Assembly: GCA_018238155.1 (NCBI GenBank) | Contig: JABCTZ010000033.1 | Location: 32,001-96,000 of the forward strand | Source: Candidatus Heimdallarchaeota archaeon | GTDB lineage: Archaea > Asgardarchaeota > Heimdallarchaeia > JABLTI01 | Direction of reading: 5' to 3' | Length of the DNA: 64,000 nucleotides | Shown here: in pieces, positions 20,223 to 31,406 of the stretch | Numbering within the stretch: position 1 is the stretch's first letter | Layout: each line of letters opens with the position of its first letter | Program-made: the position numbers and the translations under genes | Notes under the pieces: model-generated | What the model saw: only the letters and a program-made list of their open reading frames with translations | Database searches by the model: none | Told to the model about the DNA's origin: nothing

Positions 20223-20573
20223 TCACATATTAACAGCATATTCTTTCATTTTTTCGATAAGAATATTTTTTCGGATAGGTTTTTTTAAAACTTCCTTTGC
20301 TCCTGCATCAAGAATTTCATTGGTTTTTGAAGAATAAGCTGTAATTGCAGCAATTTTTGCCTTAGGATTTATTTTTAGTATCTCTTTAGTAGCCTCAATT
20401 CCATCCATCTCAGGCATAAGAATATCCATTAGAACAATATCAGGTGAATATTTCCTATATAATTCAATAGCTTCAATGCCGTTTCTTGCTTCTATCGTTT
20501 CATATTCTTCCAAGATAAATCGAAATATCGACCTCAACTTTTCATTATCATCTACGATTAATATAGTTACCAT
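20223..20573 (-). CDS. Single-domain response regulator (CheY-like)
   Basis: IVDD, MDILMPEMDG, ITA, KKP. Confidence 0.95.
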   Translation of the reverse strand: MVTILIVDDNEKLRSIFRFILEEYETIEARNGIEAIELYRKYSPDIVLMDILMPEMDGIEATKEILKINPKAKIAAITAYSSKTNEILDAGAKEVLKKPIRKNILIEKMKEYAVNM

Positions 20574-20719
20574 AATATTCCTATCCTTTCACTTAATAAA
20601 TAAAGAATCTAGTTAATAGGTATTTTGGGTTAAGTAAAAATTTTGTTAATCAAATAAAACAATAGATTTTAGACTTGTGACCCTTGTAAAACAGTAGATA
20701 AGATGGACAGATAAAAAAA

Positions 20720-23700
20720 TCAATCAATTTTCAGACCAATGGATTTACGATACTCTGCAATTAATGATATTATAATACTTACTTGTTCTTTGATGTAATC
20801 TGATGATTCTGATTCTAAGGAAGAAGAAGTTTGAAGAATAACATCTAGCTTCTCTTGCAAATCATTAATCAATTTCGATGTTTGTTTATCAAATTGCTCT
20901 TGTACATTTAGGATATTCTCCTCAAGTTCTTTATTCTTTGAAATATCGCGGATGATTCCAATATATCCAATTATTATAGCGTTTTGATTTCTTCTAACAG
21001 TACCGTTTACAAAGACATCAATTATTGTTCCATCTTTCCTTTTCATTTTTAATTCAAAATTTCTTAGAAAACCTTGCTTTTCAATTGTTTTTTTGAATTC
21101 GATTCTATCTTTTGGGTTAGCATACAGATCAGCAATATTCAATTCTAAAATTTCTACCCTAGAATATCCAAAAAGTGTTTCACCTTTTGGATTTAAATCA
21201 ATAATAGTTCCATCTGTATTTGTAATGAAAAAAACTTCATTTATATGTTCAAAAATTTTCCGATAACGTATTTCACTTTCAACAACCTTTAGTAGAGAGG
21301 TTTTTTTATCAGTAATATCTAAGTGTAAACCTATTGCTCTTGTTGGATTCCCTTGTTTATCATGCTCAACAACTTTTCCAATGCACTGAATCCATTTGAT
21401 GTCTCCAGATTTGCATATCGCACGATGTTCTACACTGATTAATTTCATAATATCTTTTTTTGGAAGGTTCAAAATCAAATCAGAAACACAGGAGTTGTCC
21501 TTATGGGTAAGTTTTCTTACAGATTCAATATTGGGTTCTATTTCATCAAGAGAATATCCAAGCATTTCAACATAGGGCTTATTGATAATAAAATCTCCAG
21601 TCTCGATATCCCAATCCCAGGTACCGAGGTTTGCACTCTCATGCAATAAAGTTTGTTTTTCAAGTAGGTCATTGATTTTACTCTTAAAATCATCTGGGAA
21701 TTTTTTTTCTATAAATACATATCGTAATCGTTCCATTTCCACTTCATCATTATATTTTATTTTTCCATCAAAATAAACAGACAATGTTTCACCATCTTTT
21801 GTTACCATATCAAAATGGATATCATGAATTTCTCCACGTTCAATGAATTTTGAGAAAATCTCCTCAAACTTCACAACAAAATCAGGAGTCAAAAAATCAC
21901 CAAAACATTTCCCTAAGACTTCATCCTCAGTATAACCAAGTGATTTCAACCAAAACTCATTTACATCTAAGATGAGTCCTTCTTTATTTAAGGATTGATA
22001 AAGAAGAGATGCATCCTCAAACATTGATCTGAAATGTTTTTGTGAATCAGCCAATTCCTTTTCATGGATCACTTGATTAGTTATATCTTTCGTAATGCCA
22101 ATGAAACGATTAAATTTCCCAGAATTATCTTTTATTGGTGTTATAATCCTATCACCTATTCGTATCTTACCATCTTTTCGTTTAATTTTTAATCTGCCCT
22201 TCCAAGTCTTTCCGCTAAAAGTAGTTTTCACAATATTTGCGTAATAATCTTCATCGAATTCTTCATCAATGTATCTCATTATAGCTGGTGTTTGGTTAAC
22301 AGCATCCAAATATGAATAACCAGTGAATTTTTCAAAACCAGGATTAACATAGATGATTTCCCCTTTTTCATCAGTAATTAGGATACTATCGTCTATATGT
22401 TCTATGACTTTTAAAAGAGAAATTTGTTCCACTTCGAGTTGTTTAAATTTAGTAATATCTTGACAAAATGTCAAACTAAAGACTTCATCTTTTTCTCGAA
22501 ATTTGTTAATGTTTAGCAAAGCATCGTAAACTGTTCCATCTTTTTGTAAAAGTTTGGTTTCAAAATTTACCACCACTTCATTCTTTAACAAAATTTTTCG
22601 AAGTCTTTTTTGATCATTTGGATTATAAAAGGTGATTGAAACATTGATTTCTAATATGGTTTCTTTTGTATAGCCAGTTATTTCTAGCATTTTTTTATTT
22701 ACTCTAATTACCCTCCCAAAACTATCGAATATACCTACACCTATAGGTATATCTTCAAACAGTGTTCTAAACTTATTTTCTGATTCTATTAATTCACTGT
22801 GAATCTTCCTTCTAAAAGTTATATCCGATCCTGAACTTAATGAAGCAATGACTTTTCCGTTATCATTTTTAAGAACGCTATTCTTCCAAGAGATTAATTT
22901 TTCTTCACCATTTTTAGTTAAGACTATATTTTCGTAACTCTCAACAATTAACTCTTCATTTAAAACTTTACGAAAAACATTTCTAGTAACTCCTCTAATA
23001 TTTTCAGAAAGAAAAATATTAAACCAGTTCTTACCGAGAATTTCATTTTCTTTGTACCCAAGAATTTCACAAGATTTCTTGTTTACAAAAATAATATTTT
23101 CGTTTATATCGACAACCACTATCATTGAATCAATAATATCAAGGTACTTTTGCCTTATATTGCGTTCTCTACTTAATTCCTCTTGGAAATTTCTCATTTT
23201 TGTAATATCTGTTGTCATACTTTGTATATACTCAATATTATCAACAGTTATAAAATTGCTAATAAAAGAAATCTGAATTTTCTCTCCATTGGGTTTCAAG
23301 AAGTCAAGCTCTGAACTCCCAGATCTGCGTAAATTTGAAATTTCAATAAATTTTTTCTTTGCTAATTCTCTCTTTTCTGGAGGTCGAAAATCCCATATTT
23401 TTAATTGTCTTAAGTCTTTAATGGATCTTCCAGTTTGTTTTTCAAATTCTTTGTTTCCGTCCATTATTTGACCGGTTTTTGCATTAATTAGAACGATACC
23501 ATTTTTTGCTTCTGAAAAGATTAATTGATATTTTTCATTAGACGTTTGTAAGAATTCGAAGGATTCTTTTTTTTCAATTAATTTTTCTATTTCCTTAACT
23601 AAAATTTTAAATTGGTCTTTAGAGTTATCTTTTTTGATATAATAGTTTACTCCTAAATTCAATGCTTTAATAACTTCATTTTCCCTGCTTTCACTTGTAA

Positions 23701-23947
23701 AAATAATGAAAGGAATATTATCTCCTTTTTTCCTCAAATTTGATAAGAATTTTAATCCATTCATTTCTGGCAAAACATGTTCAGACAATACTGCATGATA
23801 TTTTTCTCCCTTTAATATCTCCAATGCTTGCTCTGCAGATGTGCAAGTACTAATTTGAAAATCTTTTGTAATTTCTAAGAGATTTTTCTCAGCTAATTTT
23901 AGAAATTTTTTATCTTTATCTACTAAGAGAATTTTAATATTAAACAA
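20720..23947 (-). CDS. REC (Asp to Glu) plus about seven PAS/PAC domains, no kinase domain
   Basis: AVLSEHVLPEMNG; repeated S-box/DIT motifs; short coiled C-terminus. Confidence 0.9.
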   Translation of the reverse strand: MFNIKILLVDKDKKFLKLAEKNLLEITKDFQISTCTSAEQALEILKGEKYHAVLSEHVLPEMNGLKFLSNLRKKGDNIPFIIFTSESRENEVIKALNLGVNYYIKKDNSKDQFKILVKEIEKLIEKKESFEFLQTSNEKYQLIFSEAKNGIVLINAKTGQIMDGNKEFEKQTGRSIKDLRQLKIWDFRPPEKRELAKKKFIEISNLRRSGSSELDFLKPNGEKIQISFISNFITVDNIEYIQSMTTDITKMRNFQEELSRERNIRQKYLDIIDSMIVVVDINENIIFVNKKSCEILGYKENEILGKNWFNIFLSENIRGVTRNVFRKVLNEELIVESYENIVLTKNGEEKLISWKNSVLKNDNGKVIASLSSGSDITFRRKIHSELIESENKFRTLFEDIPIGVGIFDSFGRVIRVNKKMLEITGYTKETILEINVSITFYNPNDQKRLRKILLKNEVVVNFETKLLQKDGTVYDALLNINKFREKDEVFSLTFCQDITKFKQLEVEQISLLKVIEHIDDSILITDEKGEIIYVNPGFEKFTGYSYLDAVNQTPAIMRYIDEEFDEDYYANIVKTTFSGKTWKGRLKIKRKDGKIRIGDRIITPIKDNSGKFNRFIGITKDITNQVIHEKELADSQKHFRSMFEDASLLYQSLNKEGLILDVNEFWLKSLGYTEDEVLGKCFGDFLTPDFVVKFEEIFSKFIERGEIHDIHFDMVTKDGETLSVYFDGKIKYNDEVEMERLRYVFIEKKFPDDFKSKINDLLEKQTLLHESANLGTWDWDIETGDFIINKPYVEMLGYSLDEIEPNIESVRKLTHKDNSCVSDLILNLPKKDIMKLISVEHRAICKSGDIKWIQCIGKVVEHDKQGNPTRAIGLHLDITDKKTSLLKVVESEIRYRKIFEHINEVFFITNTDGTIIDLNPKGETLFGYSRVEILELNIADLYANPKDRIEFKKTIEKQGFLRNFELKMKRKDGTIIDVFVNGTVRRNQNAIIIGYIGIIRDISKNKELEENILNVQEQFDKQTSKLINDLQEKLDVILQTSSSLESESSDYIKEQVSIIISLIAEYRKSIGLKID

Positions 23948-24150
23948 TATATTCTCTCTCCATAAAGGAATATTTAACTATTTAAAGCAATATTGATTGT
24001 ATTAGTTTGTCTGTAATTGAAATAGCTTCTGATTAAATAAAAATCTTTTTACTCATTATTTCAGTTTATAAATGATATTCCAAAATTAAATTCTATTGAA
24101 AAAAATAGTTAAATATAGTAATTCGTAAATTCTATATATTTTTAGAATAA

Positions 24151-26286
24151 TTACATGTGTTCCTTTAGGAAATTTCTAATTGTCTCAGATTCTAACCATC
24201 TGTTATCTAATTGAACAGTAATCTCATCTATCATATTGATTTGTTTAATGATGTCTTCTGATGATTCATGAACAGAACTATCTATGATTCCGATTATTAC
24301 AGCAAGAGGATTACGAATATTATCAACTAAAATGGCAAATTGCTCCAAATTTCGCTCAATCTGTTCATATGCTTGTGATTTTACTTGTTCCATTAAGGTT
24401 TTTTCTGTTATGTCATGAATGGAAATAACAGCTTGGTTAGTGTCAGGTATGATATCCGCAACAGCCCATACATTTCGAACCAAACCCTTTTGACCTACTA
24501 CTCGAAATTCTAACTCTCTTGGAAATGATTCAGGATGATTAGAAATCGCATTATTGATTTCTAACAAGAAATCGTAGTCATTTGGATGAATAAGAGATTT
24601 CCATCTAGTGCCTATTAAGTTATTTTTTTTAATCCCAACAAATTTTTCAAAAAGTGAATTACAAAGAACTACTCTTGCATTTGAATCAACAACCAGCATA
24701 TTAGTTCCTGTGTTTTCAAAAATCGTTCTGTATAATTTTTCAGAATCTTCAAGTGCTTTTTGAAATCGTTTTTTGTCGGAAATATCGCGTGTTATTGCAA
24801 TTAGTCCAATTGGTTCCTCGAAATCATTTAAAACAAAAGCGCTAGTAACTTCAGCAGGAAATGTTGAACCATTTTTTCTTATCAATTGATGTTCTTTTTT
24901 ACTTGAACCACTGATAAACTGTCGGATATCAATACGATTAAATACTCTCTTGAACTCCAAATCTGATATTAGTGAACTAATATTTTTACCAATGATTTCT
25001 TCACTAGTTTCATAACCATGCATTTTTAAAAACTGTTGATTTACTACAAGAATATCACCGTTAAGATCAGTATAAAGAATTGCATTTGGTGAAGTTTCAA
25101 ATAATTTACGGTATTTTTCTTCATTTTCACGTAAAAGCTTTTCCATATTTGTACTTTTGGTAATATCTGTTCCCGCACTAATTAGGGCTTCTTTTTCGCC
25201 TTGAGAATTTTTTATGAGTGTATGTTTCCAAGTGAAATATTTGGTGATCCCATTAACTCCTTTAACAGCATTTTCTTTAAAAGATAGCTCTTCAGCGCTA
25301 CCATTAAAAATATCTTGGAAATCTTTTCTAATTCTCTTCCTTCGATTTTTATTTCTTATTAGATCAATCCAATTTACACCAATCATCTCATCTGAAGTAT
25401 ATCCAAAAAATTTTGCCAGTTTATTATTAATTAGTGCTATAGTTTCGTCCTTATTTATAATAACAAAGTAAGAATCTGCAGAATTCATATACAAATCCAT
25501 CAAATAATGGCTTCTTTTAATCTCGTCTCCCAGTAATACCTCACCAGATATATCTTTGATACTTCCATTTATTTTAAGCAGAATATTATCCTCAGTAAAA
25601 GTTGCTTTGGTATTTAATTCAACCCAAATAATTTCGCCATCTTTTCTGATTAATTGTTTTTTGCCACTTGCGAATGGAGAATCTGATATAAAAGTTAAAA
25701 GGTTTTTGAAAGGAAATTCATTTTTCAAAAGGTAGTCTTGAATTTTAGTGTATATTAATTCGTCTTCGTTTTCAAAACCTAAAATTTGAGCAAACATCTT
25801 ATTGCAAGATAATATTATTCCTTTAAAATCGGTTTGATAAATTCCAATTGGAACATTATCTAACAATTGTTGATACTCTCTTCTTGTGAAATCTAATTCT
25901 TTACGTTCTAAAGCTCTATTATATGCATATCTAAAAGCAAAATGTAGTTGTTCAATCATTTTATCATTTAATCGATTAATTATTCCATCAGCAATATTCT
26001 CTTGTCCTTTAACCATTATATCAACATCTTTAACACTGAAAACGATTCTACCAATAAACGGATAATTTTCACCGAGTTCTTTAAGTAATTTACATGAATT
26101 TGTCCATTTTAAATCAAAATTGACTAAAATAATTTGAGAATCAATTTTTTGTTTAATCGAATCTAATTCCTTCTTCGTCTTCAGTAAAGAAATATCTAAA
26201 TCATCAATTGAATTCCTTAGTATACTTAATAAAACTTTTTTGACTTTATTATCATTATCAATCAACAATATTTTAGATATTTGCAT
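24151..26286 (-). CDS. Pseudo-REC plus four PAS domains plus DHp-like tail without HATPase
   Basis: IILVNFDL (Asp to Asn); tail QIERNLEQFAILVDNIRNPLAVIIG...LDNRWLES. Confidence 0.88.
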   Translation of the reverse strand: MQISKILLIDNDNKVKKVLLSILRNSIDDLDISLLKTKKELDSIKQKIDSQIILVNFDLKWTNSCKLLKELGENYPFIGRIVFSVKDVDIMVKGQENIADGIINRLNDKMIEQLHFAFRYAYNRALERKELDFTRREYQQLLDNVPIGIYQTDFKGIILSCNKMFAQILGFENEDELIYTKIQDYLLKNEFPFKNLLTFISDSPFASGKKQLIRKDGEIIWVELNTKATFTEDNILLKINGSIKDISGEVLLGDEIKRSHYLMDLYMNSADSYFVIINKDETIALINNKLAKFFGYTSDEMIGVNWIDLIRNKNRRKRIRKDFQDIFNGSAEELSFKENAVKGVNGITKYFTWKHTLIKNSQGEKEALISAGTDITKSTNMEKLLRENEEKYRKLFETSPNAILYTDLNGDILVVNQQFLKMHGYETSEEIIGKNISSLISDLEFKRVFNRIDIRQFISGSSKKEHQLIRKNGSTFPAEVTSAFVLNDFEEPIGLIAITRDISDKKRFQKALEDSEKLYRTIFENTGTNMLVVDSNARVVLCNSLFEKFVGIKKNNLIGTRWKSLIHPNDYDFLLEINNAISNHPESFPRELEFRVVGQKGLVRNVWAVADIIPDTNQAVISIHDITEKTLMEQVKSQAYEQIERNLEQFAILVDNIRNPLAVIIGIIDSSVHESSEDIIKQINMIDEITVQLDNRWLESETIRNFLKEHM

Positions 26287-26617
26287 TTCAAATTACCCTG
26301 CCCTTTGTTAATATATGTGATGAAGTGTAGAATTAATGTTATGATTTCTACTGGGAATAAACAAATTGAATATGTTGGTTCTTTAAATTTGCAGTATGGG
26401 CAAAGTACGCTAAACTTGAAGCCAATTTAAAAATACTAGAGATGAAATCCTTGAAAAGATACTTTGAGTTATCACCAAAAGAAAGAGATAATAAGCACAA
26501 CTGTAAAGATAATTATTGAGCTAATACTCTCTAAATTTTTCAAAAAATAATTGATTACAATAATGCTTTATTAAACAATGAAATTTGTTATTGTTATCAT
26601 TGAATCTATGTATACTT

Positions 26618-27030
26618 CTATAAAAAATAACGAACGTTTTGTGATTCCAAATCAAGTTCTAAGATAATATTATCAATCAATTTAACCTTTTTAACGATTT
26701 TATCATTTACATCACTTGAAAAAACATTAACAAAACCGACAATTACTGCTAGAGGATTGCATTTATTATCTACCAATATCTCGAATTGTTCCATATTTCT
26801 TTCAAGTTGCTCATATACTTGATTTCCAACCTCTTCGAAATTCTTTCTCACAGTTATATTTTGTTTAGGAGCTACTGTTCTTATTACTCCAAGCTAAAAT
26901 TAACAACGGCAAAAATAGTTCTTACGTCTCCATCCTTTCTTTTCAAAAATAATCGCACTTTCTCGTTTAGTTTTTTTAGTAGCGATGATTCTTTTATAAT
27001 TCTAGCAAGTATATTACGATCCTGATATTA
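26618..27030 (-). pseudogene. Degraded paralog of the 24151-26286 C-terminus (PAS end plus DHp-like tail)
   Basis: YEQLERNMEQFEILVDNKCNPLAVIVG vs YEQIERNLEQFAILVDNIRNPLAVIIG; upstream KRKDGDVRTIFAVV interrupted by stops. Confidence 0.8.
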
Positions 27031-27350
27031 AAAATTTAAACAAATGGTATTTACTTAACTATTGACAGATTGAAATACCTCAAGATATTTTATCTTAACC
27101 AGACACGATAAGTTTCAATTTGGCATTTTCTTATTAGTTTTCCCTTCCTACAAAAGTGAGAAAATAATAGTTGATTTTATACGAAAAACGTCTTTTGAAA
27201 TATATTGGCAAAAAGAATGAATCTTAAATAGAAACTAACAATATTAGCCTAAACAATAATTTCAGTAACTTATAAAAACTATTTAGAGTGATATTATTAG
27301 CATTTGCAGAAAACAAAACTAATATATCTTAAAAAACCGTCAATTATTCT

Positions 27351-28481
27351 TTGTGGAAGGATTTAACATTGAGTAGCAAATTACAAATTATCATTATTAA
27401 TGATAATAAGTTGAATCGTGACTTCTTATGGAATTTATTAACAAAAAATGGGTTTGAAACTATTCTCGCATCAAATGGTAAAATAGCTTTGAATCTAATT
27501 AAGAAAAATCGACCTCATCTTGCTTTTATTAATCTTTTACTACAAGATATTTCTGTTATTGACATTTTGGACAAAATAAAGATTCTCTCACCAATCACCG
27601 AATGTATTATTATGACTGACTTTGCTAATTATGAGGTTCTTAAACAGGTAATAAATACAAACACAGCATCAGGATTTTTAGAAATACCAGTAGATGAGAT
27701 TAAACTAATTAAATTAGTAAATAACATTTTGAATCGAAAAAAAATTCTATTAGAAACACAGCAAACATTAGATGATTTATTTGAATCATACAATCAAATT
27801 GAGTTTTTTCTAACAATACTTACCAATGACTATGAAAATTATACTGAAGCATTGAATATAGCTATTAATTTACTTCATCCCTCTGAACTTTCTGAACCTC
27901 AAGAGGCGAGTTTGAAAATTCTAAAAGATTTGTCCCTCAATAATACGCGACTTATTGAACGATTTAAGAACATACAAGCATTAGGAGATTCTCAACCAGC
28001 TAATTTTAAAAAAATTGATGTTGTAGAAGTAATAAGTAAAATTATTGATGATATAAGAAGTAAGAATCCAAATTGTAAACTAACAATATCAAAAAAACTA
28101 ATACTTGAGAAATATTTTGTAAAAGCAACTTCTGATAAACTACTAACACTTTTCACTGAAGTGTTCTATTCATTGAGCTTGCCAATGACAAATTTTTGTA
28201 AAAGTATCAAAATTCTATTTCGAGAATCTAAAATACTCGTAAATTCTGAAGGTAAAAACATTGACTCTATTGAAGTAGATATACATTCATCATTGGATAG
28301 TGCTGTAATGAATGATGATAACTCAATTGTAGATATAACTCACCAACAATATGGATTTGGGTTCATTTTAGTAAAAGGCTTGGTTGATATTTTTGGTGGT
28401 CAAATATTTATAGAAGATTCAAAGGTAGATAATGAAACAATAACAAAAATGACCATTGTATTACCATCTTATCAAAAATAA
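27351..28481 (+). CDS. Pseudo-REC plus degenerate histidine-kinase-like module
   Basis: HLAFINLLL (Asp to Asn); H-box-like LTNDYEN with no His; only the G2-like YGFGFILVKGLVDIFGGQI is retained. Confidence 0.8.
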   Translation: MWKDLTLSSKLQIIIINDNKLNRDFLWNLLTKNGFETILASNGKIALNLIKKNRPHLAFINLLLQDISVIDILDKIKILSPITECIIMTDFANYEVLKQVINTNTASGFLEIPVDEIKLIKLVNNILNRKKILLETQQTLDDLFESYNQIEFFLTILTNDYENYTEALNIAINLLHPSELSEPQEASLKILKDLSLNNTRLIERFKNIQALGDSQPANFKKIDVVEVISKIIDDIRSKNPNCKLTISKKLILEKYFVKATSDKLLTLFTEVFYSLSLPMTNFCKSIKILFRESKILVNSEGKNIDSIEVDIHSSLDSAVMNDDNSIVDITHQQYGFGFILVKGLVDIFGGQIFIEDSKVDNETITKMTIVLPSYQK

Positions 28482-28519
28482 GAAAATCTTTAGAATTATA
28501 GCATTTAAAAAAATAAACA

Positions 28520-29458
28520 CTAAGCTCCAAAACTTTCTTTGATAACCCATTTAAGTTGATCTGGTTTTAGTTCTCCATCTTTGTCCAAGACAGAAACAAC
28601 ATTAAGAATACTTTGTCCTGTAATTCTAACAGAATTGTAATCTGCTTCTTTTTCTGTTATAATTAAGCAGAGAAAACCTTCTTGAGCAAAAACATAAACA
28701 TCCAAATTATCTTGTTCATAATATTGCATTGTTGATTGGTTCTTATTGAGTAATTTTTTATTATAATCAATTATATCAATAATGCTTTTCTGTTTATGAA
28801 AATCTTTGACAGTATCTGTAAAAGGTAATTCCAATATCACTGAATTCTTTTCAACTGAGTAAATTAATACGCCTTTAATTTTCGACTTCTTTGTAGAACC
28901 TACTACTTTACCAAACAACCATTCCATTGATTCTTCAACATTTTCTCCTGTCTTTGCAGATATTTCAAAAATCCGGAATGAATGTTGTATATGTTCATCT
29001 TGACTAAATTTTTCTAAATTGAAGATATTAATAATTTCTTCAAGTGACATTGCAGATCCTTTTTTCGAATCTCTCAAATCAATTTTGTTTGCGCAAAAAA
29101 TAATTGGTGCATCTTCTCTTAACCATTCAACAACTTTCCAAAACCAATCAACTGCTTCTTTTACTCTCAACCTATCAGCAATATCAAAAACAAAAATCAC
29201 CCCTTGAGCCATTTGAGCATAAGTTCTCCAGATAGTGATTCTAAATGATTGTTGTCCTCCGAGATCAATCATATTAAATTTCTCTCCTTGAATTTCAACA
29301 TGTTCAATATCAAGCCCAATTGTTGCTGTTGTTTTCCCCGTAACTCCTCTGGTCCACTGATCAACTAAAGTTGTTTTTCCCGCATAATCTAAACCCATTA
29401 GTACAACAGAGCGACCTTTTGAGAGCCAACCGATTGGTTTTCTTTTCATCATAATCAC
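28520..29458 (-). CDS. Arf-like GTPase fused to a C-terminal longin/roadblock-like domain
   Basis: GLDYAGKTT, ATIG, DLGGQ, NKID, ISAK; about 120-aa C-terminal domain IKGVLIYS...VYVFAQEGFLCLIITE. Confidence 0.9.
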   Translation of the reverse strand: MIMMKRKPIGWLSKGRSVVLMGLDYAGKTTLVDQWTRGVTGKTTATIGLDIEHVEIQGEKFNMIDLGGQQSFRITIWRTYAQMAQGVIFVFDIADRLRVKEAVDWFWKVVEWLREDAPIIFCANKIDLRDSKKGSAMSLEEIINIFNLEKFSQDEHIQHSFRIFEISAKTGENVEESMEWLFGKVVGSTKKSKIKGVLIYSVEKNSVILELPFTDTVKDFHKQKSIIDIIDYNKKLLNKNQSTMQYYEQDNLDVYVFAQEGFLCLIITEKEADYNSVRITGQSILNVVSVLDKDGELKPDQLKWVIKESFGA

Positions 29459-29596
29459 ATAATAGTGTGTTTGTCAGTTTAAAAGATAAATTATTGAGGC
29501 AAACAATATTAAAAATATTCTTAACATGTACAAAAGATATTCGAATAAAATTTATGTATTAGTGGATAATGTGATTATACATGATTAAAATTTCAA

Positions 29597-29674
29597 TTCC
29601 ATAGAAATCGTTTCCAAAAGAGTTTATTGTAACAATGAAGTTTGATATGAGATGTTTATCCATCATTTTCTCAT
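29597..29674 (-). repeat. 78-bp remnant about 88% identical to 12728-12805 (longin domain of the TPR-longin gene)
   Basis: Encodes EKMMDKHLISNFIVTINSFGNDFYG vs ERMMDKHLISNFIAAINSFGNELFG; 9 mismatches by eye. Confidence 0.85.
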
Positions 29675-29813
29675 ATTCTTATTTTTTTCATACTATTACA
29701 ACATATCAAATATCAGCAATAACTTACTGGACTAAAATATGAAAACAATGACGATAATTCTAAATAATACATTTTTATATACAAGTATTACTCTTATCAT
29801 TTATTGCACTATA

Positions 29814-30990
29814 ATGGGTTTGAGTGATTTTCTAAAAGGTTTATTCAATGAAGAAAATAAGAATAGAACTTATTTCGCAATACTATTTTCTGTAATTAAT
29901 TTAATATTGCTTATCGTAAGCACTCATCTTGAATTCAATTTATAGTTCAGCATTTAATAAAAAATTGGAGTTGCTTTCAATCCTCAATTTATTATGGGCG
30001 GCAATAGGAGATGCACTTGTTCTGTTATTTGCTTGGGGAAGATTCAATCATCTGCCAGACATAAGAAAGGATGTAGTAAATACAGAGCTCTCTTTGCGAG
30101 AATCTAAAGAAGATTTCATGAGATATATTAACAAATATGTCATAAATAATGATTAGGAATATACTAGGTTACAACAAAAAAACAAAACAATGAATATCGT
30201 CATCATTATTGTAACTATTATTCAAGTAGTAGCGTATATACCAGTTGTTTATTTCTATCCACAAATTAACATCCTTTTGGATAGTTATCTAAAGGCAACT
30301 TCTCTCAAATTCAATGATATCCTACTTATTATGGCAATTGCTGATTTCAGCATTTTACATGTAATAATCATTCGTAAATTCGAAAAGGTAGGACAGAAAA
30401 TGTGGCAGAGGTTGAGTGTTTTATTCCCAAAGTATAAAGCTTTTCTAAAAGTTGAAATGGATATTCAGTCAATCAATCTTGGTACTCGTGAAAAACCCGG
30501 GAAAGGCATAGTATTTATTAATGAATTGAAACTTGATCCAGCACATTTCAGAAACACTAGTTTATCTACACAAGATGAACTTTACATTTTGCATGAATTG
30601 GCAAAATTCCACATTCATCACAATCAAAATTATAATTCTCTATTCATTGATAATCTCCTTATCAATTCTATTTTCATGTTTCTTGTTCGATTTAGAAGGA
30701 ATTTACTTTGAAGTGTTCGTTGCAATTTTTCTTCTTTTTTTGGCTGGGGTCAGTATTTTATTATCTAATAAATAAAAATACGTCAAGTTAGCCAAAGGAG
30801 TATTGGGTTTTAGTAATTCCTTCAGAATAATAGAAGAAAGAAGTTCAACAGATAACTCATTTAATGAATTTGATTGACTTTCTGAAATCAATTTTAAAAC
30901 TCCCTCTTCTCCCACAGAAAAAATAATAGAATTGGAATTACTAAAGAATATTCTAGTAAAACCTGGATTTTATTCAAAAGAAATTAATAT
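29814..30990 (+). pseudogene. Frameshifted or interrupted membrane protein, possibly M48-peptidase-like
   Basis: Consecutive ORF pieces 29739/29929/30190/30533 in shifting frames; degenerate YILHELAKFH. Confidence 0.55.
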
Positions 30991-31028
30991 GAAGTCACTT
31001 TAAAATAAGTACTAAGGAGAACTGAAAC

Positions 31029-31406
31029 TTGCATAAAGAAGAAGTAGAATTACTATTGAAGAGGAGTAGAAATTTTCTCGAAAGTGCAGAACAAAGAATC
31101 AAAAAGGATGATTGGGATTTAACTTGCTTTCTGGCAGAACAATCAGTCCAACTTTATCTGAAAGCGATTATCCTTGAAGAAGCAGGACAAACACCTAGAA
31201 CACATTCAATAAGGCAATTACTCGCACAGCTCGGACAAATAATTGAAAAAGAGATTAAATATGATCGCAATAGTCTTTTTATGCTCGAGAGTGCTTATTT
31301 TAATGCACGATATATTGCAGTCACTTATGATGAAGAGCAAGCAAAAGACGCAATTAAGATAGCTAAGGAATTAATTACTCATGTTGAAAATATTCGAAAT
31401 AGGTAA
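31029..31406 (+). CDS. HEPN domain protein (HEPN-MNT pair)
   Basis: CFLAEQSVQLYLKA, PRTHSI, NARY; overlaps the MNT gene by 26 nt. Confidence 0.92.
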   Translation: MHKEEVELLLKRSRNFLESAEQRIKKDDWDLTCFLAEQSVQLYLKAIILEEAGQTPRTHSIRQLLAQLGQIIEKEIKYDRNSLFMLESAYFNARYIAVTYDEEQAKDAIKIAKELITHVENIRNR

